Origin: Rhodocyclaceae bacterium
Lineage (GTDB): Bacteria; Pseudomonadota; Gammaproteobacteria; Burkholderiales; CAIKXV01
DNA length: 64,000 bases
Assembly: GCA_020248265.1 (NCBI GenBank)
Contig: JADCHX010000011.1
Location: 262,670-326,669 of the forward strand
Reading direction: 5' to 3'
Shown here: in pieces, positions 8,832-21,200 of the stretch
Position numbering within the stretch: position 1 is the first letter of the stretch
How the letters are laid out: each line of letters opens with the position of its first letter
The notes under the pieces: model-generated
What the model was told of the DNA's origin: nothing
Databases searched by the model: none
What the model saw: only the letters and a program-made list of their open reading frames with translations
Translations under genes and position numbers: made by a program

Positions 8832-8965
8832 CAGGCGCTCCCTGGGTAGAGCGTGGCAGCCCTGCGCCAGCGCTACGGGCACGGAGGAGCAGGGGGGCGA
8901 ATGCTAGACTTCAGGCTCCACAGCAATCGCGGTCGCCCGGCCACCGGGCGCCTGTCGCCTACCCC

Positions 8966-10129
8966 ATGTCCGGAAGCACGCTCGGTACCCTGTTCACCGT
9001 CACCTCGTTCGGCGAAAGCCACGGCCCAGCGATCGGCTGCGTGGTCGATGGCTGCCCGCCGGGCATGGCGCTGACCGAGGCCGACATCCAGATCGAACTC
9101 GACCGGCGCAAGCCCGGCACGTCGCGCCACGTGACCCAGCGGCGCGAGGACGACGTGGTCGAGATCCTGTCGGGTGTGTTCGAGGGCCGTACGACCGGCA
9201 CGCCGATCGGGCTGTTGATCCGGAACGTGGATGCACGCAGCAAGGACTACTCGAAGATCAAGGATACGTTCCGGCCCGGCCATGCCGACTACACCTACTG
9301 GCACAAGTTCGGCGAACGCGACTACCGCGGCGGCGGGCGCAGTTCCGCACGCGAGACCGCAGTGCGCTGCGCCGCCGGTGCGATCGCGAAGAAGTGGTTG
9401 TTCGAGCGCCATGGCATCGTCATCCGCGGGCGCATGTCGCAGCTCGGGCCGATCCCGCTCGGGTTCAAGTCGTGGGACGGCGTGTATGACAACCCGTTCT
9501 TCTGTGCCGACCCCGACATCGTGCCGGAGCTCGAAGCGTTCATGGACCGCCTGCGCAAGTCTGGCGATTCCTGCGGCGCGAAGATCACGACGGTTGCCAC
9601 CGGCGTGCCGGTGGGCTGGGGCGAACCCGTGTACGACCGGCTCGACGCCGATATCGCCTACAGCATGATGAACATCAATGCGGTGAAGGGCGTAGAGATC
9701 GGCGCCGGCTTCGATGCGGTGACCCAGCCGGGCACGGTGCATGGCGACGAGCTGACGCCGGACGGTTTCCTGTCGAACCATGCCGGCGGCGTGCTCGGCG
9801 GCATCTCGACCGGACAGGACATCGTCGTCCACGTGGCGGTCAAGCCGACGTCTTCGATCCGCCTGCCCCGGCGGTCGATCGACCGCAGCGGGGCACCGGT
9901 GATCGTCGAGACCACCGGGCGCCACGACCCGTGCGTCGGTATCCGGGCGACGCCGATCTGCGAATCCATGCTGGCACTGACCCTGATCGACCATGCGCTG
10001 CGCCACCGGGCGCAGAACGCCGACGTGGTGGTGTCTACGCCGCGCATCGCTGCGCTGGCGCCGTCGGCGGACAGCGCAGCGCCTGCCGCCGCCGCCACGC
10101 GCGAGGACTCGGACCCATCCGAGGCCTGA
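8966..10129 (+). CDS. aroC: chorismate synthase
   Basis: 387 aa. '[24 protein letters not shown]', '[11 protein letters not shown]', 'GRHDPCVG'. Confidence 0.95.
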   Translation: MSGSTLGTLFTVTSFGESHGPAIGCVVDGCPPGMALTEADIQIELDRRKPGTSRHVTQRREDDVVEILSGVFEGRTTGTPIGLLIRNVDARSKDYSKIKDTFRPGHADYTYWHKFGERDYRGGGRSSARETAVRCAAGAIAKKWLFERHGIVIRGRMSQLGPIPLGFKSWDGVYDNPFFCADPDIVPELEAFMDRLRKSGDSCGAKITTVATGVPVGWGEPVYDRLDADIAYSMMNINAVKGVEIGAGFDAVTQPGTVHGDELTPDGFLSNHAGGVLGGISTGQDIVVHVAVKPTSSIRLPRRSIDRSGAPVIVETTGRHDPCVGIRATPICESMLALTLIDHALRHRAQNADVVVSTPRIAALAPSADSAAPAAAATREDSDPSEA

Positions 10130-10163
10130 GCCGCCGGCCGGCGACGGCACGGCTGCGACCACG

Positions 10164-11342
10164 ATGAGCTCATCGTTGCCCGCCCGCACCGCGTGGTCGC
10201 TCGGTGCGTTCTATTTCTTCTACTTCGCGTACGTCGGCGGCTTCACGCCCTACCTGAGTCTCTACCTGGACTCGGTGGGCATGAGCGCGGTGCAGATCGG
10301 GATGTTGATGGCGGTCAACCAGTCCTCGCGCATGTTCGCGCCGATGCTGTGGGGAGTGCTGGCCGACCGGCGCGGCAGCCGGATGCATATCGTGCGCCTG
10401 ACTGCACTGGCCGGCGGCATTGCGATGTTCGGACTGTTCGCCGGCGACAGCTTCGGCGCGCTGTTCGTCACGCTGCTGGTGATCAGCTTCTTCACCAGTG
10501 CCACCATGCCGCTGGCCGAGGCGACCACCTTCGGGCATGTGCGTGGCGATACCGGGCGTTATGCGCGCACCCGGCTCTGGGGCTCGGTCGGCTTCATCTT
10601 CTCGGTGGTCGGCATCGGCTACTTCCTCGACTTCGCGACCCTGCGCGACTGGCTCTGGCTGGTGATCGCCATCTATGCCGTGGCGCTGGTCGCGACCTGG
10701 CAGGTGCCGGAATCTTCGGCCCATCGGTCGGTGCGGGAGGAGGTGCCGGCTCGCACGATCCTGATGCGCCCGGAGGTGGCCGGACTGCTCGGTGCCTGCT
10801 TCCTCATGGCGACTGCGCACGGTGCCTACTATTCGTTCTTCTCGGTGCACCTGGTAGACAACGGCTACAGCAAGTCGGCCGTCGGCTGGCTATGGGCGCT
10901 CGGGGTGGTTTGCGAGGTCGCCGTGTTCTGGTGGATGCCGCAACTGGTCGCGCGCATCGGGTTGTACCGGCTGCTGGTGGCGACGTTCGCGATCGCCGTG
11001 GTGCGCTTCCTGATGATCGGCTGGCTGGTCGGATCGCCGACCGCGCTCGTGCTGGCGCAGGCGATGCACGCAGCGACCTTCGGCGCCTACCATGCTGCGG
11101 CCATCGGCCTGATACACCGCTGGTTCCAGGGAGCGCACCAGGCGAAGGGGCAGGCGCTGTATACCGCACTGTCGTTCGGGGCCGGCGGGACGCTCGGTGG
11201 CTTCGCCTCTGGCCTGGTCTGGTCGTCGTTCGGCCCGGCCATTACCTTCACGCTCGCCGCGTTGGCAGCCGGCCTGGGTTTCGCGCTGCTGCTGGCCATG
11301 GTGCGCGGGCGGGTCCCGGAACATCCGCCCCCCGCGGCATGA
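10164..11342 (+). CDS. MFS transporter (MFS_1_like / HcaT-like)
   Basis: Internal ATG of ORF 9993..11342 ('MSSSLPARTAWSLGAFYFFYFAYVGGFTPYLSLYL'). About 12 hydrophobic segments. Confidence 0.8.
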   Translation: MSSSLPARTAWSLGAFYFFYFAYVGGFTPYLSLYLDSVGMSAVQIGMLMAVNQSSRMFAPMLWGVLADRRGSRMHIVRLTALAGGIAMFGLFAGDSFGALFVTLLVISFFTSATMPLAEATTFGHVRGDTGRYARTRLWGSVGFIFSVVGIGYFLDFATLRDWLWLVIAIYAVALVATWQVPESSAHRSVREEVPARTILMRPEVAGLLGACFLMATAHGAYYSFFSVHLVDNGYSKSAVGWLWALGVVCEVAVFWWMPQLVARIGLYRLLVATFAIAVVRFLMIGWLVGSPTALVLAQAMHAATFGAYHAAAIGLIHRWFQGAHQAKGQALYTALSFGAGGTLGGFASGLVWSSFGPAITFTLAALAAGLGFALLLAMVRGRVPEHPPPAA

Positions 11343-11446
11343 ACGGCTGCGATAATGTGCGGGTCAGGCGGTGCCACGCCGGGGACGCGTCCTGCGTGCC
11401 GGCGCGAGGGTCTCGATCGTGCGCCGCGGAACGGGAGGAGAACTGA

Positions 11447-12295
11447 ATGAACGCCATCGACGAAGCGCCTGAAGCCTGCAGCCCGCGGCGGACGCCGCGC
11501 AGCCTTCGGTCGGCGGCTGCCGCATTGCTGCTTGCGCTCGGCCTCGGGCCGATGCTGGTGAGCTGCGAGACCGCACCGATCTCCGGTCGCAGCCAGCTGA
11601 TCCTTCTCTCCCCCGGCGAGGAGGTCAAGCTCGGCCTGCAGGCCTACCAGGAGATACTGAAGAAAGAGAAGATCTCCACCGATCCGGAGAAGACCGCGCT
11701 GCTCGCCCGGGTTGGCGCTCGCATCGCCGCGGCCACCGGCCGCACCGATTTCCAGTGGGAATTCCGGCTGATCGAGAACGACAAGCTCGTCAACGCCTTC
11801 TGCCTGCCGGGCGGCAAGGTCGCGGTCTATACCGGCATCCTTCCGATCACCCGAGACGAGGCGGGGCTTGCTGCGGTGATCGGCCACGAGATCGCGCATG
11901 CCACCGCGCGCCACGGTGCGGAGCGCATGAGCCAGGGGCTGCTGGTGCAGGCGGGACTCACCGCTGGTGCGATCGCCGCCGGTGCCAGCGGCCGGGATTC
12001 GGCATCCACGCAGGCGCTGCTCGGTGCGCTCGGTGCCGGCGCCACGCTCGGGGTGATCCTGCCGTTCTCGCGCCTGCAGGAGACCGAGGCCGACCGTCTC
12101 GGCCTGACCTACATGGCACGGGCAGGCTACGATCCGCGCGCTGCGCGCGACCTCTGGGTGCGCATGGCCGACGCGTCCGCGAAGATGGGCCGTTCCACCC
12201 CGGAATGGATGTCCACGCATCCGTCCAACGCCAGCCGCATCCGCGACATCGAGGCGATGCTGCCCGAGGCCCTGGCGATCTACAAGCCACGCTGA
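11447..12295 (+). CDS. M48-family zinc metalloprotease, probable lipoprotein
   Basis: 'HEIAHATARHGAERMS' (HExxH), a downstream 'ETEADRLGL', and a lipobox-like 'MLVSC'. GGGAGGA upstream. Confidence 0.85.
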   Translation: MNAIDEAPEACSPRRTPRSLRSAAAALLLALGLGPMLVSCETAPISGRSQLILLSPGEEVKLGLQAYQEILKKEKISTDPEKTALLARVGARIAAATGRTDFQWEFRLIENDKLVNAFCLPGGKVAVYTGILPITRDEAGLAAVIGHEIAHATARHGAERMSQGLLVQAGLTAGAIAAGASGRDSASTQALLGALGAGATLGVILPFSRLQETEADRLGLTYMARAGYDPRAARDLWVRMADASAKMGRSTPEWMSTHPSNASRIRDIEAMLPEALAIYKPR

Positions 12296-12356
12296 CGCCG
12301 GCAGCGGCGGCACCGACGATCACGACAACGAATACGAATCCGATAACGACGAGGGA

Positions 12357-13760
12357 GTGCGCACGGTGAAGCGTCCCAACCTGCTGGTAATCCTGATCGA
12401 CGACCTGCGCTTCGATGAATTCGGTGCGGGTGGCCACCCGTACATGAAGACGCCGAACATCGACCGTATCGCACGCGAAGGCGCGCTGTGCGACCGCGCG
12501 TTCCACACCACGCCGCTGTGCTCGCCGAACCGCGCTTCTATCGTCACCGGCCAGTATGCGAGCCGGCACGGCATCATCGACAACGTCGCGCGCGACGCGC
12601 ACAGCCATCGCCTGCCCAACTACCACCTCGCGCTGCAGAAACTCGGCTACGAAACCGCGCATGTCGGCAAGTGGCACATGGGCAACGAGGGCGGGCCGCG
12701 TCCCGGCTACGACTACTGGGTCAGCTTCGACGGTCACGGCAACCTGTTCAACCCGCGCCTCAACGAAGACGGCGTCTACACGCAGTACGAGGGCTACATC
12801 ACCGACCTGCTCAACGAGCGTGCGGTCGAGTTCGTATCGCGGCCGCGCGACAAGCCGTTCTCGCTGTTCTTCGCGCACAAGGCGGTGCACCCGGACGCGG
12901 TGCAGGCGGCCGACGGCAAGCTCACGCTCGACCCGGGCAATGGCTACAAGCCGGCGCCGCGCCATGAAGGACTTTACGAAGGCGCGATCTTCCCGCCGCG
13001 GCCGAACGTGATCCCCATGGCGGAAGTCGTGAAGGACAAGCCGGTCTGGCGCGAGGCGTTCGAGATCAAGTCGACCGAGACCTCGCAGGCGCTGCTCGAA
13101 TCGGTGAAGAGCGGCGACCAGGAAGAGATGCGACTGCGCGCCCGGATGATGGCCTCGGTCGACGAGGGCGTCGGCCAGTTGTTCGACGCGCTCGAGAAGA
13201 GCGGCCAGCTCGACGACACGTTCATCCTGTTCCTGGGCGACAACGGGTACTTCTTCGGTGAGCACGGGCTGGGTCTCGAGCGCAGGTTCGCCTACGAGGA
13301 GGGCATCCGCTCGCCCTTCATCTTCCGCTATCCGCGCCGGGTGAAGGCGGGCACGAAGATCGACGACCTGGTGCTTGCGCTGGACATCGCACCGACCTGC
13401 ATCGAACTGGCCGGTGGCACGCCCGGGCCGCAGGTGCAGGGGCGCTCGCTGCTGCCGCTGATGGAAGGCCGGCCGCGCGGTACCACGCCGGGCTGGCGCG
13501 ACTCGATCCTGTGCGAGTACTTCAGCGAGAACGCCATGCCCTGGCTGATCGGCATGTCGTACAAGGCGGTGCGCACCGACCGCTACAAGCTGATCCACTG
13601 GGTCAACCGCGGCGACGACGGCGAACTGGATGAGCTCTATGACCTCGACCGCGATCCGTACGAGATGAACAACCTGATCGATGACCCGGCCTGCGCCGAG
13701 GTGCGCCGCACGCTGCGGGTGGAACTGGGCCGGCTGGTGGCCACGTCGGTCGGGCTGTAG
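12357..13760 (+). CDS. Cys-type sulfatase (formylglycine-dependent), no obvious signal peptide
   Basis: 467 aa, GTG start. 'NLLVILIDDLR' and the sulfatase signature 'CSPNRASIVTGQY'. Confidence 0.85.
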   Translation: MRTVKRPNLLVILIDDLRFDEFGAGGHPYMKTPNIDRIAREGALCDRAFHTTPLCSPNRASIVTGQYASRHGIIDNVARDAHSHRLPNYHLALQKLGYETAHVGKWHMGNEGGPRPGYDYWVSFDGHGNLFNPRLNEDGVYTQYEGYITDLLNERAVEFVSRPRDKPFSLFFAHKAVHPDAVQAADGKLTLDPGNGYKPAPRHEGLYEGAIFPPRPNVIPMAEVVKDKPVWREAFEIKSTETSQALLESVKSGDQEEMRLRARMMASVDEGVGQLFDALEKSGQLDDTFILFLGDNGYFFGEHGLGLERRFAYEEGIRSPFIFRYPRRVKAGTKIDDLVLALDIAPTCIELAGGTPGPQVQGRSLLPLMEGRPRGTTPGWRDSILCEYFSENAMPWLIGMSYKAVRTDRYKLIHWVNRGDDGELDELYDLDRDPYEMNNLIDDPACAEVRRTLRVELGRLVATSVGL

Positions 13761-13761
13761 C

Positions 13762-13790
13762 GGGTCGCCGCCATCCGTTGGCGGCGGCCC
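13762..13790 (+). terminator. GC-rich hairpin just after the sulfatase stop (no U-tract)
   Basis: GGGTCGCCGCC atccgtt GGCGGCGGCCC: 11-bp stem with one mismatch. No T-run follows, so it is not a canonical intrinsic terminator. Confidence 0.3.
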
Positions 13791-13857
13791 GGCCGGCGTG
13801 CCGGCCGGACGGGGTCCATGACATAATCACGGGTTCATCAACGCTGTGCCCGAGACC

Positions 13858-15273
13858 ATGGCCTCCACGCTCTACGACAAGTTGTTCGACAGCCACGTCG
13901 TCCATCGCCAGGACGACGGTACCGTGCTGCTCTACATCGATCGTCACCTCGTCCACGAGGTGACCAGCCCGCAGGCATTCGAAGGGCTGAAGATCGCCGG
14001 GCGCAGGCCCTGGAACATCAACTCGATCATGTCGACGGCGGACCACAACACGCCGACGCGCGACTGGGCCGGCGGCATCAAGGATCCGGTGTCGAAGCTG
14101 CAGGTCGACACGCTGGACGCCAACATCCGCGAGTACGGTGCGCGCGCGTACTTCCCTTTCCTGTCGAAGCAGCAGGGCATCGTGCACGTGATCGGGCCGG
14201 AGCAGGGCTTCACGCTGCCGGGTACCACGCTGGTCTGCGGCGATTCGCATACCAGCACGCACGGTGCGCTGGCGGCCCTGGCGTTCGGCATCGGTACCTC
14301 CGAGGTCGAGCATGTGCTGGCGACGCAGACGCTCGTGCAGAAGAAGGCGAAGTCGATGCTGGTCAAGGTCGAGGGCGACCTCGGCCCCGGCGTCACCGCC
14401 AAGGACATCGTGCTCGCGCTGATCGGCAGGATCGGCACTGCGGGCGGGACCGGGCATGCGATCGAATTCGCGGGCTCCGCGATCCGCGGCCTGTCGGTCG
14501 AAGGCCGCATGACCCTGTGCAACATGGCGATCGAGGCCGGTGCCCGTGCCGGCATGGTTGCGGTCGACGAGAAGACGATCGAATACGTCAAGGGCCGGCC
14601 TTTCGCGCCAAAGGGCGAGCAGTGGGATGCCGCCGTCGCCTGCTGGCGCACGCTGGTCAGCGACGAAGGCGCCGGGTTCGATGCCATCGTCGACTTGCCG
14701 GCTGCGTCGATCGAGCCCCAGGTCACCTGGGGCACCAGCCCGCAGATGGTGGTGCCGGTCGGCGGGCGCGTGCCCGATCCGGCGGACGCAACCGACCCGG
14801 TGCGCCGTGACGGCATCGAGCGCGCCTTGAAGTACATGGGCCTGAAGCCCAACACACGCATCCAGGACATCGCGATCGACAAGGTGTTCATCGGTTCCTG
14901 CACCAACTCGCGCATCGAGGATCTGCGTGCGGCGGCTGCCGTGGCAAAGGGCCGCAAGGTGGCGCCGAACGTGAAGCTGGCGATGGTGGTGCCGGGTTCC
15001 GGGCTGGTCAAGGAGCAGGCGGAGCAGGAAGGCCTGCATGAAGTGTTCACCGCCGCCGGGTTCGAATGGCGCGAGCCGGGGTGCTCGATGTGCCTGGGCA
15101 TGAACGATGACCGGCTCGAGCCGGGCGAGCGCTGCGCGTCGACCTCCAACCGCAATTTCGAGGGCCGGCAGGGCGCGGGCGGACGCACGCATCTGGTCAG
15201 CCCGGCCATGGCTGCCGCTGCCGCGGTGTCCGGGCATTTCGTCGACGTGCGCACGCTTGTCAAGGGGGCCTGA
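13858..15273 (+). CDS. leuC: 3-isopropylmalate dehydratase large subunit
   Basis: '[15 protein letters not shown]...' The ATG at 13858 is preferred over the GTG at 13846. Aconitase-type motifs 'GDSHT' and '[11 protein letters not shown]'. Confidence 0.95.
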   Translation: MASTLYDKLFDSHVVHRQDDGTVLLYIDRHLVHEVTSPQAFEGLKIAGRRPWNINSIMSTADHNTPTRDWAGGIKDPVSKLQVDTLDANIREYGARAYFPFLSKQQGIVHVIGPEQGFTLPGTTLVCGDSHTSTHGALAALAFGIGTSEVEHVLATQTLVQKKAKSMLVKVEGDLGPGVTAKDIVLALIGRIGTAGGTGHAIEFAGSAIRGLSVEGRMTLCNMAIEAGARAGMVAVDEKTIEYVKGRPFAPKGEQWDAAVACWRTLVSDEGAGFDAIVDLPAASIEPQVTWGTSPQMVVPVGGRVPDPADATDPVRRDGIERALKYMGLKPNTRIQDIAIDKVFIGSCTNSRIEDLRAAAAVAKGRKVAPNVKLAMVVPGSGLVKEQAEQEGLHEVFTAAGFEWREPGCSMCLGMNDDRLEPGERCASTSNRNFEGRQGAGGRTHLVSPAMAAAAAVSGHFVDVRTLVKGA

Positions 15274-15275
15274 TC

Positions 15276-15914
15276 ATGGACAAGTTCATCCGACTGAACG
15301 GCCTTGCCGCGCCGCTCGACCGTGCCAATGTCGACACCGACGCGGTGATTCCGAAGCAGTTCCTGAAATCGATCAAGCGCACCGGCTTCGGCCCCAACCT
15401 GTTCGATTCCTGGCGCTACCTCGATACCGGCGAGCCCGGCATGGACAACAGCAACCGGCCGCTGAACGAAGACTTCATCCTGAACAAGACCCGGTTCCAG
15501 GGCGCGCAGGTGCTGCTCGCGCGCGAGAACTTCGGCTGCGGGTCCTCGCGCGAGCATGCGCCGTGGGCGCTGCAGGATTACGGCTTCAAGGTCGTCATCG
15601 CCTCGTCGTTCGGCGACATCTTCTACAGCAACAGCCTGAAGAACGGATTGCTGCCGATCCGGTTGCCGAAGGAGGCGATGGACGTGCTGTTCGACGAGAC
15701 CCTCGCCAGCGAAGGCTATCGGCTGGATATCGACCTCGCCGGCCAGAAGGTGACCACGCCGTCCGGACGGCAGTTCGATTTCGACATCGAGCCGTTCAGC
15801 AAGCATTGCCTGATGAACGGGCTCGACGAAATCGGCCTGACGCTGCAGCACGCGGACGACATCCGTGCATTCGAAACGAAGCACAGGGCTGCCCAGCCCT
15901 GGCTTTTCCTCTAG
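15276..15914 (+). CDS. leuD: 3-isopropylmalate dehydratase small subunit
   Basis: 212 aa. '[14 protein letters not shown]', '[15 protein letters not shown]'. Confidence 0.95.
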   Translation: MDKFIRLNGLAAPLDRANVDTDAVIPKQFLKSIKRTGFGPNLFDSWRYLDTGEPGMDNSNRPLNEDFILNKTRFQGAQVLLARENFGCGSSREHAPWALQDYGFKVVIASSFGDIFYSNSLKNGLLPIRLPKEAMDVLFDETLASEGYRLDIDLAGQKVTTPSGRQFDFDIEPFSKHCLMNGLDEIGLTLQHADDIRAFETKHRAAQPWLFL

Positions 15915-15930
15915 CAGGCCCGGAGACCCC

Positions 15931-17010
15931 ATGAAGAAGATCGCAGTCCTGCCCGGCGACGGCATCGGCGCCGAGATCATCGCGCAGGCCGTGCGCGTGC
16001 TGCGCGCCCTCGAACCCCAGGGTCTGGTGCTCGAGATGGCGGAGGCCCCGGTCGGTGGCACCGCTTACGACCTGTCCGGCGATCCCCTGCCGAAGGCGAC
16101 GCTCGACCTCGCCCGCTCGGCCGACGCGATCCTGTTCGGTTCGGTCGGTGGCTGGCAGTGGGACAAGCTGCCGCGCGAGAAGCGTCCCGAGCAGGCGATC
16201 CTCGGCCTGCGCAAGGAGCTGAAGCTTTTCGCCAACCTCAGGCCGGCGGTGATTTATCCCGAACTGGCCGCCGCCTCGACGCTCAAGGCGGAAGTGGTCT
16301 CCGGCATGGACGTGCTGATCATCCGCGAACTGACCGGCGACATCTATTTCGGCCAGCCGCGCGGCATCCGCACCAACGCTGCGGGCGAGCGCGAAGGCTT
16401 CGACACGATGCTCTACGCCGAGTCGGAGATACGCCGGATCGCCCGCGTCGGCTTCGAGTCGGCGCTCAAGCGCAATCGCCGGCTGTGCTCGGTCGACAAG
16501 GCGAACGTGCTCGAGACTTCGCAGCTGTGGCGTGATGTCGTCACCGAGGTCGCGAGGGACTACCCGACGGTCGAGCTGTCGCACATGTACGTCGACAACG
16601 CGGCGATGCAACTGCTGCGCAATCCGCGCCAGTTCGACGTGATCGTCACCGGCAACATGTTCGGCGATATCCTGTCCGACGAGGCCTCGATGCTCACCGG
16701 GTCGATCGGCATGCTGCCGTCGGCTTCGCTCGACGCGGACGGCAAGGGGCTGTACGAACCGATCCACGGCTCTGCACCGGACATCGCCGGCAAGGACGTC
16801 GCCAACCCGCTGGCGACCATCCTGTCGGCCGCGATGCTGCTGCGCTACAGCCTCGACCAGGATGCGTTCGCGCGCCGTATAGAGGGTGCGGTCAGCGCGG
16901 TACTCGCGAAAGGCCTGCGCACGTCGGACATCGCCGAGAAGGGCGAGCCGGTGATAGGCACCCGCGCGATGGGCGATGCGGTCGTGGCGGCCCTCGCTGT
17001 CCCTGGTTGA
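15931..17010 (+). CDS. leuB: 3-isopropylmalate dehydrogenase
   Basis: Internal ATG ('[16 protein letters not shown]'). 'NLRP', 'DKANVL', '[26 protein letters not shown]', 'HGSAPDIAG'. Confidence 0.95.
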   Translation: MKKIAVLPGDGIGAEIIAQAVRVLRALEPQGLVLEMAEAPVGGTAYDLSGDPLPKATLDLARSADAILFGSVGGWQWDKLPREKRPEQAILGLRKELKLFANLRPAVIYPELAAASTLKAEVVSGMDVLIIRELTGDIYFGQPRGIRTNAAGEREGFDTMLYAESEIRRIARVGFESALKRNRRLCSVDKANVLETSQLWRDVVTEVARDYPTVELSHMYVDNAAMQLLRNPRQFDVIVTGNMFGDILSDEASMLTGSIGMLPSASLDADGKGLYEPIHGSAPDIAGKDVANPLATILSAAMLLRYSLDQDAFARRIEGAVSAVLAKGLRTSDIAEKGEPVIGTRAMGDAVVAALAVPG

Positions 17011-17052
17011 GGCCGCCGCGGCGCGCTGCGTCGCGGACCGAAGGAGAAGATC

Positions 17053-18216
17053 ATGGCGAAGATGATGAAGGTCGGACTGATCGGCTGGCGCGGAATGGTC
17101 GGCTCGGTGCTGGTCGGGCGGATGCAGGAAGAGCGTGACTTCGACCACGTGCGCACGACGCTGTTCTCGACGACCCAGGCGGGACAGGCCGCGATGGCGC
17201 TGCCGAACGCGCAGGCGGTGGTGGCTGACGCCAGCGACATCGGCGCGCTGTCGTCGATGGACGTGCTGATTTCCTGTCAGGGTGGCGATTACACGACTGC
17301 GATGCACCCGAAGCTGCGTGCGGCCGGCTGGAGCGGTTACTGGATCGATGCGGCTTCGACGCTGCGCATGCAGGATGGCGCGGTGATCATCCTCGATCCG
17401 GTCAATCGCGGCGTGATCGACGCTGCGCTTGCCGCGGGCAGACGCGATTTCATTGGCGGCAACTGCACGGTCAGCCTGATGCTGATGGCGATGGGGGGGC
17501 TGTTCCGGGAAGGTCTGGTGGAGTGGGTCACTGCCATGACCTACCAGGCGGCGTCGGGCGCCGGGGCTCAGAACATGCGCGAACTGTTGGCGCAGATGGG
17601 GGCGGCCCACGAGGAAGTTCGCGTGCTGCTCGCCGATCCGAAGTCGAACATCCTCGATATCGACCGCGCCGTGTCGGCGCGCTTGCGCAGCGACGCCTTT
17701 CCGACCGAGCAGTTCGGTCATGCGCTGGCCGGCAGCCTGCTGCCATGGATCGACAAGGACCTGGGCAACGGCCAGAGCCGCGAGGAATGGAAGGGGATGG
17801 CCGAGTGCAACAAGATCCTTGGCCGGTCCGCCGATCCGGTACCCGTCGACGGAATATGCGTTCGCATCGGTGCGATGCGCTGTCACTCCCAGGCGCTCAC
17901 CATCAAGCTTGCCCGCGATCTGCCCCTGGCGGAGGTCGAGGCGCTCCTCGCGTCCGGAAACGATTGGGTCGAGGTGGTGCCGAACCGGCGCGAGGACTCT
18001 CTCGCGCGCCTGACGCCTGCGGCGGTGACTGGCGATTTGAAGGTCCCGATCGGCCGGTTGCGCAAACTGCCCATGGGAGGCAGTTATCTCACCGCGTTCA
18101 CGGTAGGCGACCAGCTGCTCTGGGGTGCAGCAGAGCCGTTGCGCCGTATGCTCCGGCTGCTCCTGGAGCGTCCAGCCGGCGAGAGACTGAGTGAGCTTGC
18201 GTCGATAAGCCCATGA
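17053..18216 (+). CDS. asd: aspartate-semialdehyde dehydrogenase
   Basis: '[14 protein letters not shown]', 'GGNCTVSL'. GGAG lies 7 nt upstream of the ATG. Confidence 0.93.
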   Translation: MAKMMKVGLIGWRGMVGSVLVGRMQEERDFDHVRTTLFSTTQAGQAAMALPNAQAVVADASDIGALSSMDVLISCQGGDYTTAMHPKLRAAGWSGYWIDAASTLRMQDGAVIILDPVNRGVIDAALAAGRRDFIGGNCTVSLMLMAMGGLFREGLVEWVTAMTYQAASGAGAQNMRELLAQMGAAHEEVRVLLADPKSNILDIDRAVSARLRSDAFPTEQFGHALAGSLLPWIDKDLGNGQSREEWKGMAECNKILGRSADPVPVDGICVRIGAMRCHSQALTIKLARDLPLAEVEALLASGNDWVEVVPNRREDSLARLTPAAVTGDLKVPIGRLRKLPMGGSYLTAFTVGDQLLWGAAEPLRRMLRLLLERPAGERLSELASISP

Positions 18217-18255
18217 TGTTAAGTTCAAACTCCGACAAGTCCTGAAGGACGGTCC

Positions 18256-21200
18256 GTGCGCAACAGCGTTTCAAATGGCATTCGCGCGTGGCTTGCAGCC
18301 TGCGCGCTCACGATCATGGTGTTCCTCCCCGCTGCGGCCGATGCTGCAGGCCTCGGGCGAATGAACGTTTTGTCTGCGCTCGGCCAGCCACTCAATGCCG
18401 AAATCGAGCTGAACGCGACGAAAGACGAGCTCTCGACGATGCAGGTTCGCATCGCGTCGGCCGACGCCTACCGGCGCGCGAACCTCGAGTTCTCCGCGTT
18501 CGTGACATCGGTACGGCTCGCGATCGAGCAGCGGCGAGACGGCTCGATGATCGTGCGCGCAACCACGGTGCGTCCGGTGAACGAGCCGTTCATCGAACTG
18601 CTCGTCGAGCTGGTGTGGTCTTCGGGCCGCCTGATGCGCGAGTACACGTCGCTGATCGATCCGCCCGGATTCACTGCGGCTGACGTCGTGGCACCCCCGA
18701 CCGCGCCGCCCGTCGCTGCTGCGCGTCCGGCCGTCGCCGATCCGCGTCCTGTCGTTGCGGCTCCGATCGCGCCCGAGACCCCTGCTGCGTCCGTTGCTCC
18801 GGCTACCCCGGCCGCTGCGGTCAAGCCCGCCCCGGTCGCGCGTGCCGCCGCGGAAAAGGGCGCTGCTGCCACCGCTACACCTGGGGCGAGCGAATACGGT
18901 CCGGTGCGCCGTGGCGAGACGCTCGCGAAGATCGCCGAATCGGTTCGCCCTGCCGGCGTATCGCTCGACCAGATGCTGGTTTCGTTGTACCGCGAGAACA
19001 AGGCGGCGTTCGACGGCGGCAACATGAATCGCCTGCGGACCGGGGCGGTCCTGCGCGTGCCTGACGCCTCGGCGCTCGGTGCCACGCCAGCCGCCGAGGC
19101 TTCGCGCGAAGTACGTGCCCAGGCAGCCGATTTCAATGGATATCGGCAGCGGCTCGCCGGTGCTGTCCAGGATGCGCCGCCCGCCGCCGCCGAAGGCGGT
19201 CAGGTGGCGTCCGGTCGTGTTACACCGCGGGTGGAAGAGAAGGCACCCGCGCCTTCGGGCGGTTCCGATGTGCTCCGCGTCTCCAAGGGCGATCCGTCCA
19301 AGGGCAGCGGTCGCGATCCGAAGGCGGCCCAGGCCGCGCGGGAAGAAGACGCTACCGCTCGCGAAAAGGCGCTGCGCGAGGCCAATGATCGGGTCGCATC
19401 CCTCGAGAAGATGCTGAAGGACGCCCAGCGGCTGCTCGATATCCAGAGCAAGCAACTGGCCGACCTGCAGAAGCCCGCCAAGGCAGAGCCTGCGAAGGCC
19501 GCCGAGCCGGCAAAGAAGGCAGAGCCCGCGAAGGCGGTCGAAGCGCCCAAGCCCGAGCCGGTCAAGGCAGAACCAAAGCCGGTGCCAGCCGTGCCGGAGC
19601 CGAAGCCGGAACCCGCGAAGGCTGAAGCGAAGGCTGAGTCGGTCGCTCCGATCGCGCCAGCGGCGCCACCGACGGCAGAGCCTGCCAAGGCGGAACCACC
19701 GGCTGCACCGGTCGCACCCACGCCGCCTGTCGAGGCTGCGAAACCGAAACCGGTTCCGCCGCCGCCACCGCCGCCGCCTGCGCCGAGCCTCGTCGATCAG
19801 GCAATGGAGTTCGTCACGACCTACCTGACCGAACTGGGTCTGGGCCTCGCCGCGCTGCTCGGCCTGGGTGCGCTGGTTGCCCGCCGTCGGAAAGGCAGTG
19901 CGCCCAAGACCCCGGTCACCAAGGCTGCAGCGGCTCCGCCGATCGTCCCGGCGTCTGCGCCAGCTGCGGTGGCTACGCGTGCGGATTCGTTCCTGGAGCC
20001 GACGCAGGCATCGCAGATCGATCTTCAAGAGGTCGATCCGCTGGCCGAGGTCGAGGTCTATCTCGATCATGGGCGAGAGAGCCAGGCTGAAGAGTTTCTG
20101 CACGAAATGATCGCCAAGGCCCCGACGCGCTACGAGCTTCACTTGAAGCTGCTGGAGATCTACCAGAAGCGCGGCGATGCAGCCGCGTTCGAGCCGGTTG
20201 CCCGCAAGTTGTATACCGGGACCCGTGGCGAAGGAGCTGTATGGCAGACTGCATCCCGAATGGGTGCGTCGATCGATCCGGCCAACCCGCTGTACTCGTC
20301 TGGTCAGCCGGTTGTCGCGCCTGTCGCGCCGCGTGCCACCAGCGTCCCGGTTGCTGCGGCCGCAGTCGCTGCGGTCGCAGCGACCGTAGCCAAGGCGGCC
20401 AGCCCCGCGCCCAAGGCGGCCAGCCCCGCGCCCAGGGCGGCCAGCCCCGCGCCCAGGGCACCCAGCCCCGCGCCCAGGGCGCCCAGCCCTGCGCCCAGGG
20501 CGCCCAGCCCCGCTCCGCTCGCGCTCGACATGGAGAAGACACAGATTCTCCAGGTGGACGACACCGCGCTGTCGGAGGCGCCGCCGACCATCGACTTCGA
20601 CTTCGAACCCGCAGGTGCGCTGGCTCCGCCGGCCGCAGTCGCTGGCGTGGGGGGGCTGATGGACGTCGAGGGCGCAGCAGCTGTCCCGTCCGGCGCGGCT
20701 GCCACCGACATGGACTTCACACTCGACTTCGGTTCGCCCCAGACGGCTTCGGCGCCCCCGTTGCCCGATCTTCCGCTCGAGGCGCCTTCCGTTGGAACGC
20801 AGACGGCCGAAGCCGACCTGACCTTCGAGCCGATCTTCCCGTCCTCGACTGGTGAAGAGGGCCTGCCCACTCCGCTGTTCCAATCGGAGGCCACCAATGT
20901 CCTGCTCGACTCCGGTCCGCCCACCGGCAGCATCCTCGACTTCAAGCGCGAGGCTGCGTTGGCCCAGTCCGAGTTGTCTGCCGCAGACACCGAGTCCGGA
21001 GAGCCGACGCAGGCGTCTCTGGGTCAGGACACGATGATCATGGCCAACCCGGGCGAACTGGTCACGTTCGACATGACGCATCCGGCCGGACTGCCGCAGA
21101 ACTGGCAGGAGGCTACCCTGCCTCGCGTCGATCTCGACCTCGGCGAGACACAGGTCGATGGGAGTAATCCTGACAGGGACGAGCACTGGAACGACGTCAA

